Source of the DNA: Tricharina praecox
Taxonomy: Eukaryota
NCBI RefSeq assembly: GCF_024521635.1
Contig: NW_026250411.1
Location: 1 to 64,000, forward strand
Direction: 5' to 3'
Length of the DNA stretch: 64,000 bases
Both the position numbers and the translations under genes were made by a program. Shown piece by piece: positions 60,988 to 64,000 of the stretch (position 1 is the stretch's first letter; every line of letters starts with the position of its first letter). A model generated the notes under the pieces. It did not search any database. It saw only the letters and a list, made by a program, of their open reading frames with translations, and was not told where the DNA came from.

Positions 60988-61555
60988 GGTTTTCGTTTTC
61001 GGCGAGACAGGTGAGGCAAAGGATATCACTCGACGGTATCCTGTGACACACCTTTTGCGCTGCCGGCTGTGGACGCGAGAATACATACGATAAACTTCAT
61101 CATCATAGGAGGGGAGGAAGCAGTACGTGCGGTGAGGAGCCCAAATCCTCGTACACAGGAGGTGAGATGATATACAGATGGATCAAGATTGGAAGATGGG
61201 GCGGCGGGCTCCCTAGGGCACGTACACAGCAAGCCGCATTTAAGTAAATACGAGTCCGCATGTAAACAGGCTATTAGCCCAAAGCTTTGCTCATATACTC
61301 TGGAGGTGCTGGTGTCTGCGCACTATCAACGAGATATTACAACAGTTGCGCACAGTAAATTCTCGAGTGATGGCATTGGCAATTACAGAGTGATAATCAG
61401 TGATGGGTAGAGGTCCATGGGTCTTGGCACAACGCGTGTCGTGACAAATGCAACGCGACTTGACCCAGATGCGCGTCTTCCCAGAGTGGCTAAAATGACC
61501 TTTTACTCCCCCCCATCGCCACCCAGCACCAACGCTGAAGCCATCGCCAACTACA

Positions 61556-63969
61556 ATGTCGGAATCCAGCACGCCAATGCCTTTTCCAAGCATCACAGTG
61601 TTAAATCACTCCAGCACCCCAAGCTCTACGCTTCCACTCGAGCTCGGAAAGCCGCCACCAGAGAGTGCTGCATATCTCGTTCATCTCTTTCCACAGCTCA
61701 ACGAGGATGAGGAGCCGTCGCTGGTCCTTGGGAAGGGATCTATCCCGAGTCAGTTACCAGACGACCTGTTGGCTGCTATAAGTATGGACTCCACCATCGT
61801 CGTCGTCGTTGTATGCTTTCGTGCACCCCTGCTGACAGCCGTCTCCCAACAGTGTACGAGCCCAATGGCGACATCTGGGTCGAAAGCTACAGTCCGTCCA
61901 AGCCCGTCTACGTTTCAACCGCAGCAACCACCAGCACTCGCACTGTCCGCCACAAACTCCGCATTTCGACCGTCGCCGGCGAGCGCTACTATGCTATGCT
62001 CACGGGCGACTGCGACATCGAAGTCGACGGTGTGGGCGGCAGCCAATCCAAAATCCGTTTCGTTTACAACACCCAAGAATCGCAAAATCTGAGTCCGCTA
62101 CCACAGCCACAGCCAGTTTTCCAGCCGCCGCAGATTCAGGTTATGCATAGTCTTCCACACAACCCGGAGAGTCTCCACGAGATGTTGGAGTCAACACCCA
62201 CCGTCATTCCAGAGACGAATCCAAATAAGGTTTATGAGACACCTGCAGTCAAGTCAAGGCATATCGATCCGAACAGCTCGCCCCGCCGGCCACCGGATGC
62301 TTCACCTTCACGAGTGGCAGTGCGGAATCGACATGGAAAGTCCGGGTCGGTGGTTGGTGGTGTTCCGGGCACCGGTGAGCTCGACGTGACCGACTCGGAG
62401 AGTGAGAGTGAGCCTTTTGAGCCTACGGCTCCACTGGTAATGGACGTTGATACGATCGATTCCACGCCGGGATTGCAGATCCCCAACCGTCCTACGGCTC
62501 CCGTGGCGGATATGGGTAACGGAAAGACATCCACACCTCCGGGTGATAACATCCAATCTCCTCCGGAAGATTTAGACCTTGATGAAGACAGCGGAGCACC
62601 ACCAGATTCATTGCCACCAGTGTTCAGAGCTGAAGATGAAAAGAGGAAGTTCGCACATGAAAAGAAGCTTAAGACACCTGCGCGTCTGTATGGCAAGAAG
62701 AAGGGGGTTCCATTGGCTGCTATTGCGGAGACACCGGCGGCTGATCGGGATGGTGCGGTGGAAACGGAGGACGACGCCACACCTGTACCTGCGCCGAAGA
62801 AGGGAGCAGCTAAGAAGAGGAAATCTCGGTCGAAACCCGACGAGAATACACCTGAAATCGACGAGGGCTCTGCTAAAAAGAAGAGGAAGGGGAAAGCCGG
62901 TATGCCTGTTGCGTCGGTAGAGGGGGAAGAGGTGCCGGCTCTACCATCTACCAAAGGAAAGAAACCAATTGCAAAAGCTGTGAAAACACCAAAATCTAAA
63001 TCGCAAGTATCCATCACTCCGACGCAGGCTGCCGGAAACGCATACAATCTCCCCGATACCCAAGACGACGAGTCGAGGGAAGATGTGCCCGCTGTGGTGC
63101 CAAAAACCCCCAAGCCCCGCGCCAAAATAATCAAAAAGACGCCTGCTGCCGCCGCAAAGAAGACTCCCCTCACAGTCCGCAAATCCGCCCCCCATACCGG
63201 TTCCTCTGCTAGTCCAGTCGAAGAGTTTTCCCCACCCACCAGCACCCTCCGCACCACCGACCACTACGAAGGTTCTCCACCTCGTATCTCATTCTCTAAT
63301 TCTGCGCTAGCAGACGACAAGCAGGTATTGAAATTCGTCCGTGCCAACGGTGGAAAAGTCATTTCCTCTTCCGCCGACCCAGCGTGTAACTATCTGGTCG
63401 TTGGCCCGGGTGAACTCAAGCGCACACCTAAATTCATCATCGCCGTCGCCCGCGGCATCCGCATCGTGGAGGAGCAGTGGATTCGCGATTCAAACACAGC
63501 CGGTTACTGGGTCGATCCAGATCCATACGTACCGAATGATCCCGAGCGCGAGAAGGAATGGGGGTGTTCACTCGCCGCTGCCCTCGAGCGCGGTCACAAT
63601 GGTGGATGCCAGGTGTTGGCGGGGAAAACGGTTTATCTCACGCCGAACTTAATCTCACACCTCAAGGCGGTTGGCATGGAAGACGGATTGCTGGGAATGC
63701 TGAAGGCTGCGGGCGCTGAGCATATACACAAGAAGGCGCCCCGCGGAGATGCTGAGGATGACATGTTAGTGCTCGGTAAAGATGATGGAGAGAAGGACCT
63801 GGCTACGCTCGAGAAGGGCGGTTGGAAGGTTTTTGGTACTAGTATCATCGGACTGAGCGTCATGAGAGGCGCACTCGAGACCGGCGATGAGTTTGTGGTG
63901 AAGCCAAGCTCCTCTGCGGGAGATGGAACGCAGAAAAAGAAGCGGGGTGGCAGGAAGTCGCTTGGATAA
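61556..63969 (+). CDS. Tandem-BRCT domain protein, MDC1/Mdb1-like architecture (780 aa), 1 intron
   Basis: join(61556..61781,61853..63969). Beta-rich, possibly FHA-like N-terminus, long TP/SP- and Lys-rich linker, C-terminal ISFSNS...GG....YLVV..LKRTPKFIIAVARG..IV..QWI plus a second BRCT. Confidence 0.88.
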
Positions 63970-64000
63970 GCCGAAACTATGCGTGCTCATTTTTTTGTAT

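Overview
Eukaryotic, intron-containing DNA from a filamentous ascomycete (short GT..CTRAY..YAG introns of 50-75 nt; Pezizomycetes is my impression only). I can support about 17 protein-coding loci and one intron-containing tRNA-Ile(AAT). The coding loci are: a Myb/SANT-like protein; a divergent SDR/carboxylesterase pair; secreted GH105, PL3 and CE1 enzymes; a block of four poorly characterised genes (an ORF with one internal TAG, a Q-rich BTB-like protein, a degenerate FAD monooxygenase, a DUF6697-like protein); a C2H2/fungal-TF + homogentisate dioxygenase + SDR + carboxylesterase cluster; two PTH11-like receptors; and a tandem-BRCT protein. There are also four TIR-bounded non-autonomous elements, LINE and LTR relics, and several tandem repeats. 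Four leads stand out. (1) A possible split regulon: two SDR+esterase modules 30 kb apart share exact 12- and 13-bp promoter words that fit the predicted target of the local Adr1-type zinc-finger factor next to an orphan hmgA. (2) A 323-codon ORF broken by a single in-frame TAG, a candidate for sexual-stage A-to-I stop-correction editing. (3) A tRNA-like Pol III element that is not a tRNA. (4) A tandem receptor pair in which one copy lacks both introns of the other. All family assignments come from motifs recognised by eye; no searches were run.
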